Assembly (NCBI GenBank): GCA_000708835.1
Contig: DF237075.1
Location: 98,956-162,955, forward strand
Length of the DNA: 64,000 nt
Reading direction: 5' to 3'
From: Klebsormidium nitens
Taxonomy: Eukaryota > Plantae > Klebsormidiophyceae
The position numbers and the translations under genes were made by a program. Positions 1-13,489 of the stretch are shown here, piece by piece. The first letter of the stretch is position 1. Every line of letters begins with the position of its first letter. The notes beneath the pieces were generated by a model that worked only from the letters and a program-made list of their open reading frames with translations, was not told where the DNA came from and did not search any database.

Positions 1-69
1 CCTGCTTCAGGGAGAGAATTCTGGCAGCGTCCCAGTGACCGGGCCAGTAAGGTGATTGTCGAGGACATT

Positions 70-3000
70 ATGGATAACAAGCTCGAAGCTGAGGAGGGGC
101 AGCCGGGGATACCCAACACTAAGACTGACAACTCGATTGGTGTGCACAGTCCGGCAGGGCCCTCTTCTGGAAGGGGAAGAAGAAAGTCGGGGGCAAGAAA
201 AGGGGGCAACAAAGCCCCCTGGTCCTGTTCGACTTGCACGCTCCTCAACTCTGCTGCAAGCGAGGAATGCGCCGCTTGCGCAGTTCCTAAAGTGCAGACC
301 CTGCAAAGTGTCGCAGTAGAGGGCGGGGGGGAATGGCGGTCTCCGTACGGAGAAAATGACAGCGTGGCGGGCCCGTCGGTTGTTCCTGTGGGACCAGACT
401 GGGCGTGCGCTTTGTGCACGTTTCAAAACAAGTACGGAGCAGAGGAATGCGAAATGTGCGCTCAAGGTAGAGCCCCAGAGGTTCCTTCCTCAAAGCAGAC
501 CCAGTCAGGCCCCCAAGCAAGTGGCGATGTAGAGCAACTAGGCACGGAACAGGACGGAGAGGCTTGGACGTGCGCTCGCTGTACTTGCCAGAACAGGCAT
601 GCGGTGGAGTGGTGTTCAGCATGCGCACAACCAAAAGCCACAGAGAGTGGTTCTGCAACTTCGAATCAGCCTGAGTCATTGGGCCTAGACAAGACCACCT
701 CAAAGGCTCCTTGCTTGGAGCCCCACGCAAACAGGGCTGCAGAACAAACCGGAGCAGTGCCGGCGAAAGCAGAAGTGCTTGTTGATGCGACAAGCAATCA
801 TGAACCGGCAAATGGAAAGGCAACAGAAGCGGGGGCTGAGCCTCAAAACCTTGCACCAACTTCAGAAGCAAGGGAGGTGCCGAGACTCTTCTTGGAGTCA
901 GCAAAGGAACGGTCAGGACCCAGCCTTTTTGAGGATCAGGCGGGTGAGATCATCCTTTCTTATGTTGAAGCTGATGTGTTTGATCTTGAGGCTTCTGATT
1001 CTTTGAGTGAGTGTTTGAGAAAGGCTCCTACCTCTGAGGACTCCGTACTTAAGCCTCCTGGTATGCCAAACGAAACAGCAGAGACAAAGCACTCACTCAG
1101 GATCATGCATCTTTTAGTCAACATTCACAGGGAATGTTTGTTACTTTCTTCCACCCCCGCTGTCCAGATTCCCAGCTCATAGAGATGCACACTTCCTTCT
1201 ATATTCTGGACCCTTCTTGCGGTCTCCATGCCGCCCTCATCTTGTATGTATGCTGACTCAGCACCTTCTTGCAGGTCCATCCTTTCTGCTGCAGTGTGGG
1301 ATCTGTTCCAGCGACCAGACTTCCGACACGTTCTGTCTAGATGGCTGCTCCCATCGCTTCTGCACCTCGTGTTTGAAAGAAGCTGTGCAAAAACAGTTTA
1401 CTGCTTTGCCTCCGGCTGAGGCTGCCTCAATCCAGCAGATCTCGGAAGCGTGTGTTTGTCCTAACTCAAGGTAAGTGTTTCGTCAGGTCACCTGTTGTCC
1501 AGGCAATTTGTTGTTTTCATATGAAACCGCTTGCTGTGTCGAGCGTGATGGTCAGGGGACTTATCTTCTGGAAAATCCGTTCAGTAGATCTGAACGGGCC
1601 GTCCAAAGTAGACGTCCCTCCATAGTACTCTGCAACCTTGTAGGATCAAGGAGTCTGTTAACGAACTTCATACTCCGCCCCCAAGAAACGAAATTTCGTC
1701 GTGCAGCCAATTGAGTTCTATGGACGGAGATTGGTACGAGTAGACCTGAAAGCCGTCAAATCTGTACCTCGAATTGTGGGCCTCCTTATACACCTATGCT
1801 GCAGCTGCCTCCTCATATTCGACTATCGCTTGCTTTATTTACGACTTGGAATACTTGTTCTAATGCTGCTTATAATCGTAGGCCAGTCGCAGACTGTGGA
1901 GATCTTCTTGTGAAGGGCCGCATGGACGGCTTTTCCGATCACAGAACGTTGCCTCCGTTTGCAGCTGCAAGACGCCCCTGACCCAGCGAGACCTTATTCT
2001 CACTGCCGGCGAGGAGCGGGCCCGTTCACACCAGCAATGGCTGTACCGAGTGCTGACTCGAACGTTCGACCAAGAAGGGGCCAGCCCGAAGTGCGCCCGC
2101 TGCGGGGAAGAGCAGCTCTCGAGAGTCAAGGTGTCACAGCTGGGTAGCCTCTCGCTAAGAGACTGTGAGCTTTTCAATCGCTCTTCTGCCGTGGCGATCT
2201 GTCTGTTGCGCACTTTTCCGAAGCAGTTGGCAGGTTTCTTGGTGAGTGCCTGACGTTACGTTGAGCGTTATATTCCGTATGTAAGAAGCTTCGAAGCTTG
2301 TGTATGTCTCGGTGAACAGAGATGGGCATGGCCGGAAACCGGAATCCAACATCCTACTTTTTCCATGTTGGAGCTTGCTTTAGTCGTTCGAAAGGGACGT
2401 CTGCAAGGTTCTCGACTCCTCTGGGGAGCTCTCGACGGGGCAGCTGTCTCCTTCATGACCCGTCTTTACAAGGGAGCACTTCGGCCGAGGCGCTTCAAAC
2501 CTGGAGGCTAGATTTAGACCTTTCTGCAGAACTGCCCTCTCAAGTACTTATTCTTAAAAGTTTCGACCCTGGGACCTGGTCGTTGGCCAAATCCTTTAGG
2601 ACAAATGTTTCAGCGAATGGGAAAGCGAAGTAATAATTGGAAATGGAGAAGCCCGTTTGCGCGACCTCTTACCAATCGCGCAGCTGAAAGCAGAAATGTT
2701 TTCGTTGCTTGCTACGACTCCCTCCACCCCGTTAGATGTCATGGATTTCGACAAGTACGCGGCCCGGTTGAATCGTCTTGGACTGTTCGATAAAATTTCC
2801 TACTCTCCCCCAAGCATAGCTATTTCCCCCTCCTTTCAGTGCGTAAGGCCCTCAAAGCCCGCGGCCTGGACGCCTCGGGGAAGCACCCCGAGTGCGCACA
2901 GCGGCTGGTGGACGTTTTCGCTGCCGGCGCAACCAGGGCCGACGATCGGTGGATCTGCATCGCCTGTCCCGAGTGCAGCTGCGTCAACTGCGGCGCGGGG

Positions 3001-6000
3001 CTGAGCGTTCCGGGCCACGACTGCCGACAAGCGCTGTGGGGGAAAGTGCACGACGCCGTTGCTGAGCTCGACAAAGCGTACAAGGTACGAGCTGTATCGC
3101 TTTTTCGCTATAGCACTCATGCCCTCACCTTTGTATGAGTCGAAAGTCTGCTTCTCATCGAGGCAACTGACTAAGCTTTTCTTACATACAAGCGGGTGAG
3201 GCGTAATTTTTACGGAAGAGACCCGCAAAAAAGTTGAGCCAAGTCGTGAGTGCCTCAAAGTTCCGTCGAACTCCAGGCGTAATCGCTTCGCGTTGGTTCC
3301 GGACGTTTGCGTCTGACGTGATCCCCATTGTCTGCAGGTGTCAGCCTTTTCTCGTGTATTTCAATTTCTCGCTCGGAGGGTCATTTGCACTCTGAAGAAA
3401 CATCCTCAGAACTCGATGGAGCGCAGGTTGGGTGACGATTTTTTATTTAGCCCGCTGTGGCTCAACACGCTCATGACGTTCCCAAACCTCGGTATTTCGC
3501 GAGCCGGTTTTGCTAACCCCTTGGCGCACTCCGGTTTCAGGCGTACCTTGTCAGCTCCATCAGCCCTCACCCCCAAAAGCTCGGCAAGAAGCAGAAAACG
3601 TCACATAAGGGCGGCAGCGTATGGGCCGCCGGAACGGGCTATGGGGGCGCCAGCGACTATTCACACCACCCCCACTTCTGGGGGGGCAAGCACGGCAAGC
3701 ACAAGCAGCCCCCGCAACCCCCCCGCGAGAGCGCCGCCGAGAGCAAGGCAAAAGAAGCGGAGCGAGAAGCGGATGGTCGGCTGGGAAACGCCATGGATGC
3801 GCTGAGTGCGTGCCTTTCCGGGGGGGTGGGCGATGGGCTGGTGACGGGTCTGAGCTTGCCCCTGGTTGCGTTGGTGCACGAGTCGGGGGTCCCGGCGAGA
3901 GTGCTCCGGGCACTGCTGCTGAACGACTCGATGATCGACGTGTCCAAGCGGGGGGCGCTGTATCTGAAGGCGTTGCAGGTGAAACTAGTTGCCGTTGCTT
4001 TAGGTTGACACTGGCCGTTAAAGGTTGGATGAAGAACTCCGGGACGTGAGCTCGACCAGGGTCAAGCGGGTCCCAGGGGCCCATGTCACGTCAGATTCTG
4101 CAAAGATCTTCGATGAGGTGCCCTTGGATCGCACTGACCTGGACTTGCGAGGTCTCTTGCTCGAACAGCGACTAGACCAGTTCTACGCACTGTTTGCAAA
4201 GGTATGCTGGTCGTTTCATATTTGAATTTTATGCCTACAAACTTGATGTGGTGGTTCAAAGCTCCAAAGCTGAAGTCTTGCTGGGGCGTGCAGCTGATGC
4301 GGGTGCTCGGGGCTCGAGAGGAGCTGCTTCCGGTCATCTGCGAAAGCCCACCGAAACGACCGAAAGAGGTCCCAAAACCCGCACCCACTCCACCTCCTAT
4401 ACTTGAAAAGACACCGCCGCCGATTGTAGAGGAGTCCCCTCGGCGCTCCGGCCGGCGGGTGAAGTCGACGGATCGGAAAGGGAAGCGGAAGCTCGAGGAG
4501 GTCGACGAAGACCTCAGCAAGGATGACGTCAGCGAGGTGGCGGGAACTAGAGCGGAGGAGCACGAGGACGACGTCGAGGGGACGGTGCTGGGCGCGATGG
4601 AGAAGCTGTACAAGCAGGCGTCGGTTGTCAAAGTGGGGCTTATGGCGGGCGTTGCCGATGAGGGCGGAAGCGACGAGTTAGATATTGGGTTAGTGTGCGA
4701 GATTTGTGACGCGTTTGAGGAGCTGCAGCGCGCGAAGAAGGGCTGGGAGGAGGCGCGCGGCGCCCTGCGGAGCGCGCAGGGTTTTGGCGGGTTAGCACAG
4801 GGGTTAGGGGCCGGGGCGCAGGGGTTAGGGAACGGGTTACGACAGGTTTTACTAAACGGTGCTCCAGAAGCAGAAACAGCGGAGGATGACGAAGATGAAG
4901 ACTGCGTGCTTCTGGATCGGCAAACTAGGAAGGGAAAGAAAGTGGAGGCGCCCGCGCCGAGCCCCGAGGAGCGCGCGCGCGCGCACGCATTGGAGGTGGT
5001 GGCGTACAAGGACGCGCTAAAGGACCTGCAGTTCCGGATGGAGCCCCTGGTGAATTCCGGCGGAAAGCCGGACCACTACTTCCGAGAGAAGAAGAACGCG
5101 ATCGACAACGGGGGGGTGCACTCGCAGAAACGGATGCTGGCGATTAGTAAGGAGATTGGGAGCCTGGTAACGACGCTCCCCCTGGAATGGGGATCGTCCG
5201 TGCATTTGAGGGTGGATGAGGAGCGAATGGACCTGGTGAAGGCGCTGATTATCGGGCCGGGGGGGACGCCGTACCAGAACGGCGCGTTCCTGTTCGACAT
5301 CCTGCTGCCGCCGGACTACCCACAGGTACGTAAGTCGTAGGTGTTGTCAGTAGGTGCAAAAGGAGTTGCTGAGTGCGCAGCCAATCTTGTGTGCTGTGCG
5401 GACGCCGGCCATGCCAGACGTGGCTGCACGCGTCTCTGGTTTGACCTGACCTGCTCATTGAGTGTGTTCAACTGTTTCCTGAAGTCGTAACCCGGGGAAC
5501 AAAACACGCTAAAACGTTGACGCCCGCATTGATTAGTTGGCCGGTCTTCTGTTTCTTGTTCGCCTCCTCTCATCCTGCTCTTTCGGCTTCGTTTTCCGAC
5601 TCTTTGCCCCTTACATCTCGGCTTTCTACCAACCAGCGGCGACGCCAACTCCGTCGCAAACTTCATCGAACGTCATCGCCTTTGCCTCCACTGATCCGAC
5701 GGCCGTGCTTGCGCCAGGTGTCGCCCAAGGTGCAGTTCATGACGACGGGCGGCGGCCGCACCCGGTTCAACCCCAACCTGTACGCCGACGGCAAGGTCTG
5801 CCTCAGCATACTCGGCACGTGGGCGGGGCCGGGGTGGCAGCCCGGGAAGAGCACGCTCATGCAGGTGCTGCTCAGCATCCAGGGCATGATCTTCGTCCCG
5901 GAGCCCTACTTCAACGAACCGGGTGAGTAGTTCGAGCATGCCAGTTGTTTCTCTCAGGTGCGGTCTCGATCGACCATATTGCTTGCAGTCTAGCTTCCCT

Positions 6001-6870
6001 GGTCTCACCCTCTGTATTTGTGTATGGACTAATCCTAGGAGCATCACCCTGTAGCTCTCGGACCGTTCTCGTACCCAAAGTCGATTACCTTTGACATTTG
6101 AAGCTTGCTCAAGCCAGGCGTTTCAGACAAACAGCTTGCATGTCAACTTGAAAACGGTCCTCGATCGAAGCGAATGCGGTGGCATAAACGGTTAGGTGTT
6201 GGTCAGTGCGCCTTGGCTCGTGTGCATCTCCCGCCTTACCTGCAGGCTACATTTCGAGCGTAGTTACTCGAGGTCGTTAATATGAGGCTTAATGTCCAAA
6301 GATCCATCCCATCCGGAAAGAGCTCTTACTCCGACTTATCCATGTTTCGACGGTTTGGAAAGTTCTCCGGAGTCCGGGTACAGTCTCTGAAACCCGTTAG
6401 CTCCACCTCAAACCCTGAATTTCATTCCAGGTTACGAAGCGCACGGCAACAAGACCGCGTCCCACAGCTACACCCGCAACCAGCGGCGCAACACGCTCCA
6501 GCTGGCGGTGCTCGGCATGCTGCGCCACCCGCCCGCGGTCTTCGCTGACGTCATCCGCACGCACTTCAAGCTGAAGCGGCGGGAGATCGAGGCGCAGTGC
6601 GACGAGTGGGCCGCGGACGACTTTGCGCCGAAGCCCGCCCCCAAGGCGAAGGGAAAACCGGCAAAAAAGCCCAAGAAGAAATACCACGGAGTGGATGATA
6701 TGATGGATTGGGATAGCAAAGATGATGCGGATGAAGAGTTTCTCTCGGGTCTAGTCGGAGCTGCCATGGGCGGGGCAATGGGTGGGGTGCACATCGATCA
6801 CGAGACGGGGCGCGGCAGTCCGATCCAGGCGACGATGAAGGAGCTTCTGGTAGAGCTCGCCAAGTTGTGA
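70..6870 (+). CDS. Multi-exon ubiquitin-system protein: 3x RanBP2/NZF zinc fingers, RING1-IBR-like Cys/His domains, SAP-like motif, C-terminal BIRC6/Bruce-type UBC (E2) domain
   Basis: Frame 1 is open from base 1 (first ATG at 70), so the gene may start upstream. NZF motifs W-x-C-x2-C-T-[LFC]-x-N-x6-C-x2-C at 220-279, 400-459 and 565-624. Exon 1275-1470 [18 protein letters not shown] joins 1965+ CKTPL (RING1). SAP-like [22 protein letters not shown] and [15 protein letters not shown] at 2840-3084. BIRC6-like WAAGTGYG and [21 protein letters not shown]|LMRVL at 3541-3978/4294+. UBC: [50 protein letters not shown]|[42 protein letters not shown]|YE.. (exons 4294-5325, 5718-5922, 6431-6870), catalytic Cys intact. 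Exon structure between 2241 and 2840 is unresolved. Confidence 0.85.
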
Positions 6871-8203
6871 TTGTATGATCATACGTCCTTGAGTTGTGTT
6901 TGCTAGTCAGGCTGGTATGATCTGCAACAGAATGGTTCATAGGTAGATTGATTAGAGTGACTGCCTTGTCCCTGGTTATTATGGCGGAACTCAAGAAGCC
7001 GTATAGGCTTGAGTTATAAACTAGTGGGAGCGCTTAAGAATCTGCCTCTGCGTGCACTTTGTAAATGGAATAATCGAGAGGCGAAGTTGTGTGTCCGACC
7101 GAACCAAGTGACGATTATCATATTGCCAGCTATCCAACGTACGACTTGGTTCTGGTACCACTTTTGCAGTTTTCAATGTCAGCGAAACATGATCGCGGCG
7201 CCCTCGGCCACTGATGTACGCGTGATCTCGAATCGATGAGTCTGTAATATAAGAAACCTTGCTCTGGCACCACTTAAAGCTATTCCGATGCAGCCGCGGC
7301 CCAGTATACGTCCTTGCATAAACATGTACGTGCAATTAATATGAGCACCGTCTTTATAACAGCTTCGTGCGGTGTCCGGATTATACTCGAAAGCACATGT
7401 GCACGTCCTTGACAGATCGGCGGCCGCGCGGGCAGCGTCTGGTGCTGACGTCCACATGTGCGCGCAACGTTCATTGAGGATCGGATCGCGCGCACATGCA
7501 TGATTAGCTCGACATATTCAACGAGGCGAGTGATCTTTATTAAGCCGGGTCTCTTGTCACTGTGAGACTCAGAAAGAAGTCACGTCATGTGCCCAAAAGA
7601 GCATTAACAGCTGCAAGCACGCGCTCAGACCTGGCTAACCTTAGTTATCCGATGATCGAGATCGATTGTCTGGGAACTTTTATCCATTATAAATCTTATG
7701 GGCTGAGCACCAACCCTCTTTTCGTTGCAGCATGCGCTACTTGCGCGCATGTCTAAGAGTTTGCACTCCGCTGGTCGCTATATGCTACATCCGTTGACCA
7801 CTTGGCCAGCTTGATTTCTAGGACTATACGGACACGACCACGAGCAATGTGGTGCGGTGAACTTTTCAATCCTGACCAGCCAAATGGCTCCCGAGATTCT
7901 ATGTGAGAACTGCCAGGGTTGTATTCTGCAATGACTAACACGTACCGACTCTCAAAGGAAGCAGGAGCACGTTCTAACTGCTTTCTTGCTTATTCATGTC
8001 CGACAGAAGCGACACTGATTGTACATTTGATGCACGCTCAATCCACGGTAGCACGAGGTGACTGCATTCTATCCTTTCTTTTCCACCTCACGATTGACCA
8101 GCTGTAAGAGGCGGTCACACCAATAAGTACAGCCCTTGCGAGCGCGTGGCAGCCTCTCGCTAGCGCGCGCACGAACACCAAACTTGTCGTCACACGGAAT
8201 ACC

Positions 8204-11200
8204 TTAGTAGCCCATCAAGTCAAGCCCCGCGATCAGGTATCCCAAGCCTTGCATGCCCAAGTAGACGGAGAGCCCATACCGTCCGGCGCTTATACCATAC
8301 GTCATGGCGCCAAACACAAACGCGGCCCATCCTAGTTCTGGCACGTGTAACGTTCGCACTGCCATGAATCCCCTGACGTTGGCCCACGTCACCTTCTCCC
8401 ACACCTCCCGCAGCGACGGCAGCCTATACAGCGTCCGCTCCAGGCGCCACGCGGCCCCGGCCTCGAATGACGTCAGCAGCGACGGGTCCCTCTCCGCCCT
8501 CTCTTCCGTCGGCGTCAGCAAAGAGAGTCTCCGCCCGGCAGACGGGCTCCACAAGCCCCGCTTCATCGGGCTTGACACGTGGCCGAAGTCCCGTCGTTTT
8601 GCGGAGGAGTCGAGCCCCGTGCAATGGCCGCTCGTCTCCTCACCGCGCCCGTGCGCCGTCCTCACTTTTAGCCCCACCCTTAGTTCTGGCAGATCATACG
8701 CTATGAGCGGATCCATGCTAGCGTGCGCCACGAACGCGTCATCCGACGAGCCCTCCGAAACGGGGCTCACCGGCTCCGCGTCGTTGGCCACCCCCCCCTC
8801 TTTTCCCACGCATTTTGACCCCCCCGATTGGATGTTTTCGGTCTTGGCGTCGATTCCAGTCTTGGCAGTGACGACCCACACGTGGGCGCTGCGTAGGTTG
8901 AAGAGGCCGCTGAAAATGGCCTGCGCTTTGACACGGTACATGACGTTCTCGAAGGCGTAGTAGGGGAACAAGAGGCACCAGCTCCTGCGCAAGAACGGGA
9001 AGGAATGTTGCGGGGACGGGCCTTGCAACTGATTTTATGATGGACGAACTCAAATGAACGTCTCGAAGTGATAGCTCCCCGGAAAGAGGCTCACGGAGCT
9101 CTAAACATGCGAAGCAAAAGCGCTGAGAACTCTTTCAAGAAGGCAAATCGGAGAGAGGTCCACTGAAACGGAGCTTCTTGGTTGGTATAGTCTTTTTACC
9201 TTCAAGTCTTACCCAACCAACAATAGTACGTAAGTTGTTTATAGAGTAAACGCCTCCTTTTTAACTCGCTTCTCGCCCCAGCAGTCCCCTCGCCGGAAGA
9301 TAAAGCCTCAAAAAGGCGGCATATGAAATCCAATTCGTTGCAGTCAGAAAGTACGTGTCCGTACTCAACAGCGTTCCCTGCCCAAAAAGCTCACCCGCGG
9401 TGCGGCAGCCAGTGCAGGATCGCCTGTGTCTGCATATAAGCAAGGAACCAGAGCGGCAGCGATGCCTCGGGCAGTAACACGGCGAGCGGCATTATGATGC
9501 AGTAGAGCAGGAATCCGGTGACCGGAAGCACGAAGCGGCGGAACCAGAAGAAGCAGACCAGCAGGTTGAACTTCTGGTACGCGCTCAGCGTGGGACACGT
9601 CAGCGAGCGGTGCCACGTCAGCATGAACAGGCGCGCGGGGCCTGCGCAGAGGGGCGAGATGCGTCAGCACTGGGTCATGTGGTTGTCTGCAACTTCGTAG
9701 AATGAAACTTCAGTTCTGAAGGAGGCATGGCAGAACGCTTTGGGTGGAGAGGGGCGAACCAGAACGGCTGGAGGAAAGAGTGGGGGAAGAGGAACGGCCA
9801 AAAGCTAGTTAGTCGGTCAACCGCCTGATGCTATTGTGAGTTGTGGCGCAGGTTCTTCTACTTGGGACTGTTCCGTACCGTACGCTGAGAAACCATCGAA
9901 CGAAAATTGTGATGGTCGGCCCGAGCCTTTGAAAACTGTTGGTTGGAAGGAAAAGCCGATCGAACTTTGTGATGAGGTATGGAAACTGTGTTTCAAGCGG
10001 CAGTGCATCGACTTGTGCGGCGGGGCATCCTGCTTCGCAAGCTTCCACATCAGATGTAAAGTCGGTCTGCAGCCTTGAATCTGAAGCGCCCCTTTCCACA
10101 AAAAAGTTGATCGCAACTGTTGCTGTTCAGTACCTTGTTTCGGTGGTCGAAAGATCCGCCTTGCCACGTGGCAAGCTCACCTGCGTGCCACCTTTGCTGC
10201 TGCTTGCAGTAGGCCTTGTACGTGCAGGGCAGCTCCGAGGGCACCGTGACGTCATTCAGGTACGTGAAATTCCAGCCTTTCATGTGGGCACGCACCGCTA
10301 GATCCTGCGGGGAGTTACATAAGAGGGCGAGGGAGGGTCGGACAGGGTAAGAGAGAACAAAAGCTACAAAAAGTAAGAGAGAGTAAGGAACGACAAGGGG
10401 GATAAGGGAAAAGAGAGGCGAAGACGGCAACGATCAAAAGAAGGTTAGTCAAGCAAGAAAGGGTGAAAGCCCGCCTCATTTGGTCAGCCGCTTGTGCCAC
10501 ATCTGTCTGTCAGTGGTCTTTTCGACTTTTCAGCTACGTTACGGTAGGAGCAACTTCGGGCCCTTAAAAAGCAGGAAGTACTTGTTCTTTTCGACTGTTT
10601 TTAACCTGTCGCATCCATGGCCAGGAATCAAACACGTCACCAATATTTTGTAAGTTGTTCGCACCAATTACTATACAGACTGGCGCTGCACTATATTTCT
10701 TACCTGCGTTGGACGGGCTGATATTCCTAAAACAAGACACGAACTAGAGCCTGTAGTCTCAAAGAGGATATCCGGAACGTTGGTTAATCAGCATTTCTAA
10801 ACAAACCAGTCGTCCAAACGGAACCTTGACTAGGGACACTCTGACCTGTTTGGGGCGGCGTGACGGAATCACTGGCAACGAAAGAACTAGATACATGCGC
10901 AAACAAAGGTGAAGGACGAGCTCGTACCATATCCTCAGTGGTCGTTCTCGCGAGCCACCCCCCTGCTTCTCGCAGCGCCTGAACTCGCCACACGCCCGCC
11001 GTCCCGTTGAAGCCAAAGAACGCGTTGAAGTGGTTCTGCACCTGTTGCTCCACTTCGAAGTGGTACGACATGCTGATGACCTGGAATCGCGTCAGCAAGT
11101 TCTGCTGCGCATTGGCAAACGCCCACCGGGCCTGCAAGGCGGGTTAGCGCCAGGTTAGAGCCGGCTATCAGCTGGTTATGTAATCAGATTAAGAGGAGGG

Positions 11201-13489
11201 TGGAAAAACGACGGGTCACTGACTGGGCTTCAGCTTGGTAAGGACTGAGCCGGAGGAGGGGTACTCCGACTTCAACCAAGTTTCTTGGTGGATTAGGTTC
11301 AGGCAGATTAAGGACCAGGTGTAAGACCAGGTTGTGAAACAGTTGTGGGATGGGATTCGAACGCACGGGGTAACGTTTCGAGTTCGGTGATTGGTACGCT
11401 TCGCTTCAAAATTAATAGCTTCAGACCAATGTGGTAGTCAGAGGCACTCTTAGCTGTACGGACAAAGCGGGACTACTGGGGGAAGGGCAGCCTTCTATCA
11501 GAGGGTTGAAGAGATGAGTCTCGTTGTTTTTGTTTACAGAGAAGTTTTCCTGTCTGTGGGTCTGGCCAACCGGTGATTGAAGCTGCTTCTGGCATGCTTA
11601 GATACTAGATACGAAGCCTTTGGTGCTCCTGCATTGACTTCTATTACTGAAAAGGGTCCTAACAATCCCAGGGGTTGTGGTCGGACGAGCTAAATGGCCC
11701 CAAGCTTTCAGAAGATATTTCAGAAGCTTCTTCCTTTCATCTCGCAGCCTAGCCGTATACCAAAATCGAGAAATTCACATCGTCCGCCAATGCGTCTTCT
11801 GACAATCACGTAATAGCGCACCGTCTCTGGCCCCCTTTTCGTACCAGGCCACAACTGAAGTGGATTAAACCCAGTCCGAAAAAGGACCCCTCCTTTCAGC
11901 CTACCTGCACAAGGGCCAGCTTTGGCTGCCCCTCAAACTTTGGCACCGTCCTCCGGAGGAAATCCTTGGCCGGCACGAAATCGGCGTCAAAGATGGCAAC
12001 GTACTCGCAGTGCTGGATCGCAGGGTCCTGCATTCCGTGCGCCAGGGCACCAGCTTTGAACCCCGTCCGCGCCGTGCGGTGCGTATATCTGATGGGAGCC
12101 CCCACCGCGCGCCAAGCATCGACCTCGTCACGGACAAGCTGCTGCATGTCTGGGTCGTCGGAATCATCCAAAACCTGCGTTGGGGACGATAAGAGAGGGC
12201 TTCAGGAAAAGCAGAGCGCAGAGTGGAAAAAGTCGAATTAGAAATGCAAGTTTGTCAACCTGACTGCAATGTTGGTAATCCAGTGGTTGTGACACTTGCT
12301 GTGGCTGACCTCAAGGAAAAGCGAATATGCGTTTCTTCTACTGGAGGGCCACTTATTTGCCATCAAAGCAACGCTAATGTATCTCAGAAAAGTAACGTGC
12401 CACACACATTGCCGCTAGAGGCAAGGCTTTTTCCAATATCACCAATACTGGAGGGGCATAGCTTATCAGACAAGCAGCTTTTGACCTAGAAGCTACAGAA
12501 GGATGAGGATTTGGTAGCAATCTAGGTGAGAAACTGGGGTGCAAGGCGCTACCTTGGATAACACTCCATCTCTGGTGACATTGTGAGCTCCTGCGAGGAG
12601 CTCAGTGAGTAGCCTGCCATAAAGTAGAACAGTCACTATCACTTCAAAAAGCACCAAGTATTTTGTTCTTCAATGCATGCAAGTCAGCAATTCGTTAGTT
12701 ACCTGTACCACCAGTTTATCCTGAGGCCAATCCAGCCGGCATGCCGCCATGATACCCCGCTTGTAACACTCCCTTTCATTGCGCATCGGGATCTGCACCA
12801 GCACAACCGGCTCGAATGCAGGCTTCTCTTCATTGCCCCCACAATCTCCGACTGCTAGGGAGCCTGAGTCCCCCTCCTTAGTTGGCTGCTTCCAACTGAT
12901 GTAAAAGTACCCCGTTATCAGCAGCAGCTTGTCGATGCTCTGCAGGAGACAAGCAGGGGAAATTGACACCAGATGCCACATCAAGAGTACAAGCAGTCTG
13001 CTCAGCATGCCTGGTGAGATTAAGGAGGCCAAAAGTCAAAGTCGCCTGAAGCAATAAAGGGTGCCCATGTCTCATTGAATCGTCCATGCCAGAGTCTTTC
13101 TGTACCTTCTTTTGTTCATGTTGAAGGCCCCCATACTGACAGTACTGCTAAAAGCTTGCTATTTGTTTCCTACTACAGGCCAAGTCCATGATCACATGGT
13201 CCCACTAAGAAACCACCAAGTAGTGTCAAGATCTGAACAAAAGCTTTCTAGATCTGGTTTACCCCCCAGCTCAAGACAGTGCAGGCGTGCTTGTTTTACT
13301 TAAGTGAGGTCTTACCTGGACAATAAAGGCGAACATGAGCACGCTAATGACTGGCTGCAGCACACGGGCTGTCCACACTTCCCGAAACCCCTGCCAAGCT
13401 GCACCGGAATGCACAGCATTACTGCATGCCAACCTTACCAGGGCCGCAGACAGTGCTACACACAGGGCAACTCGCAGACCGGACGCCAT
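8204..13489 (-). CDS. CSLC: Cellulose synthase-like C (GT2; xyloglucan glucan synthase-like), multi-exon
   Basis: Spliced: [35 protein letters not shown]|[23 protein letters not shown]|[32 protein letters not shown]|[38 protein letters not shown]. The D,D,D,QxxRW motifs are intact. QSID-x-[10 protein letters not shown] and the C-terminal GLDL(M/I)G match CSLC better than CSLA (recalled comparison). Confidence 0.9.

Noticed and set aside
287-5009. Long antisense ORFs (287-904, 3560-4084, 4086-5009) and similar ones at 8304-8960, 16883-17587 and 29910-30671
   Set aside because: They are shadows of GC-rich coding exons on the opposite strand, with no recognisable domains.
11345-11370. Reverse B-box-like GTTCGAATCCC in a CSLC intron
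   Set aside because: No A box or cloverleaf. Not a tRNA, and a SINE cannot be supported.
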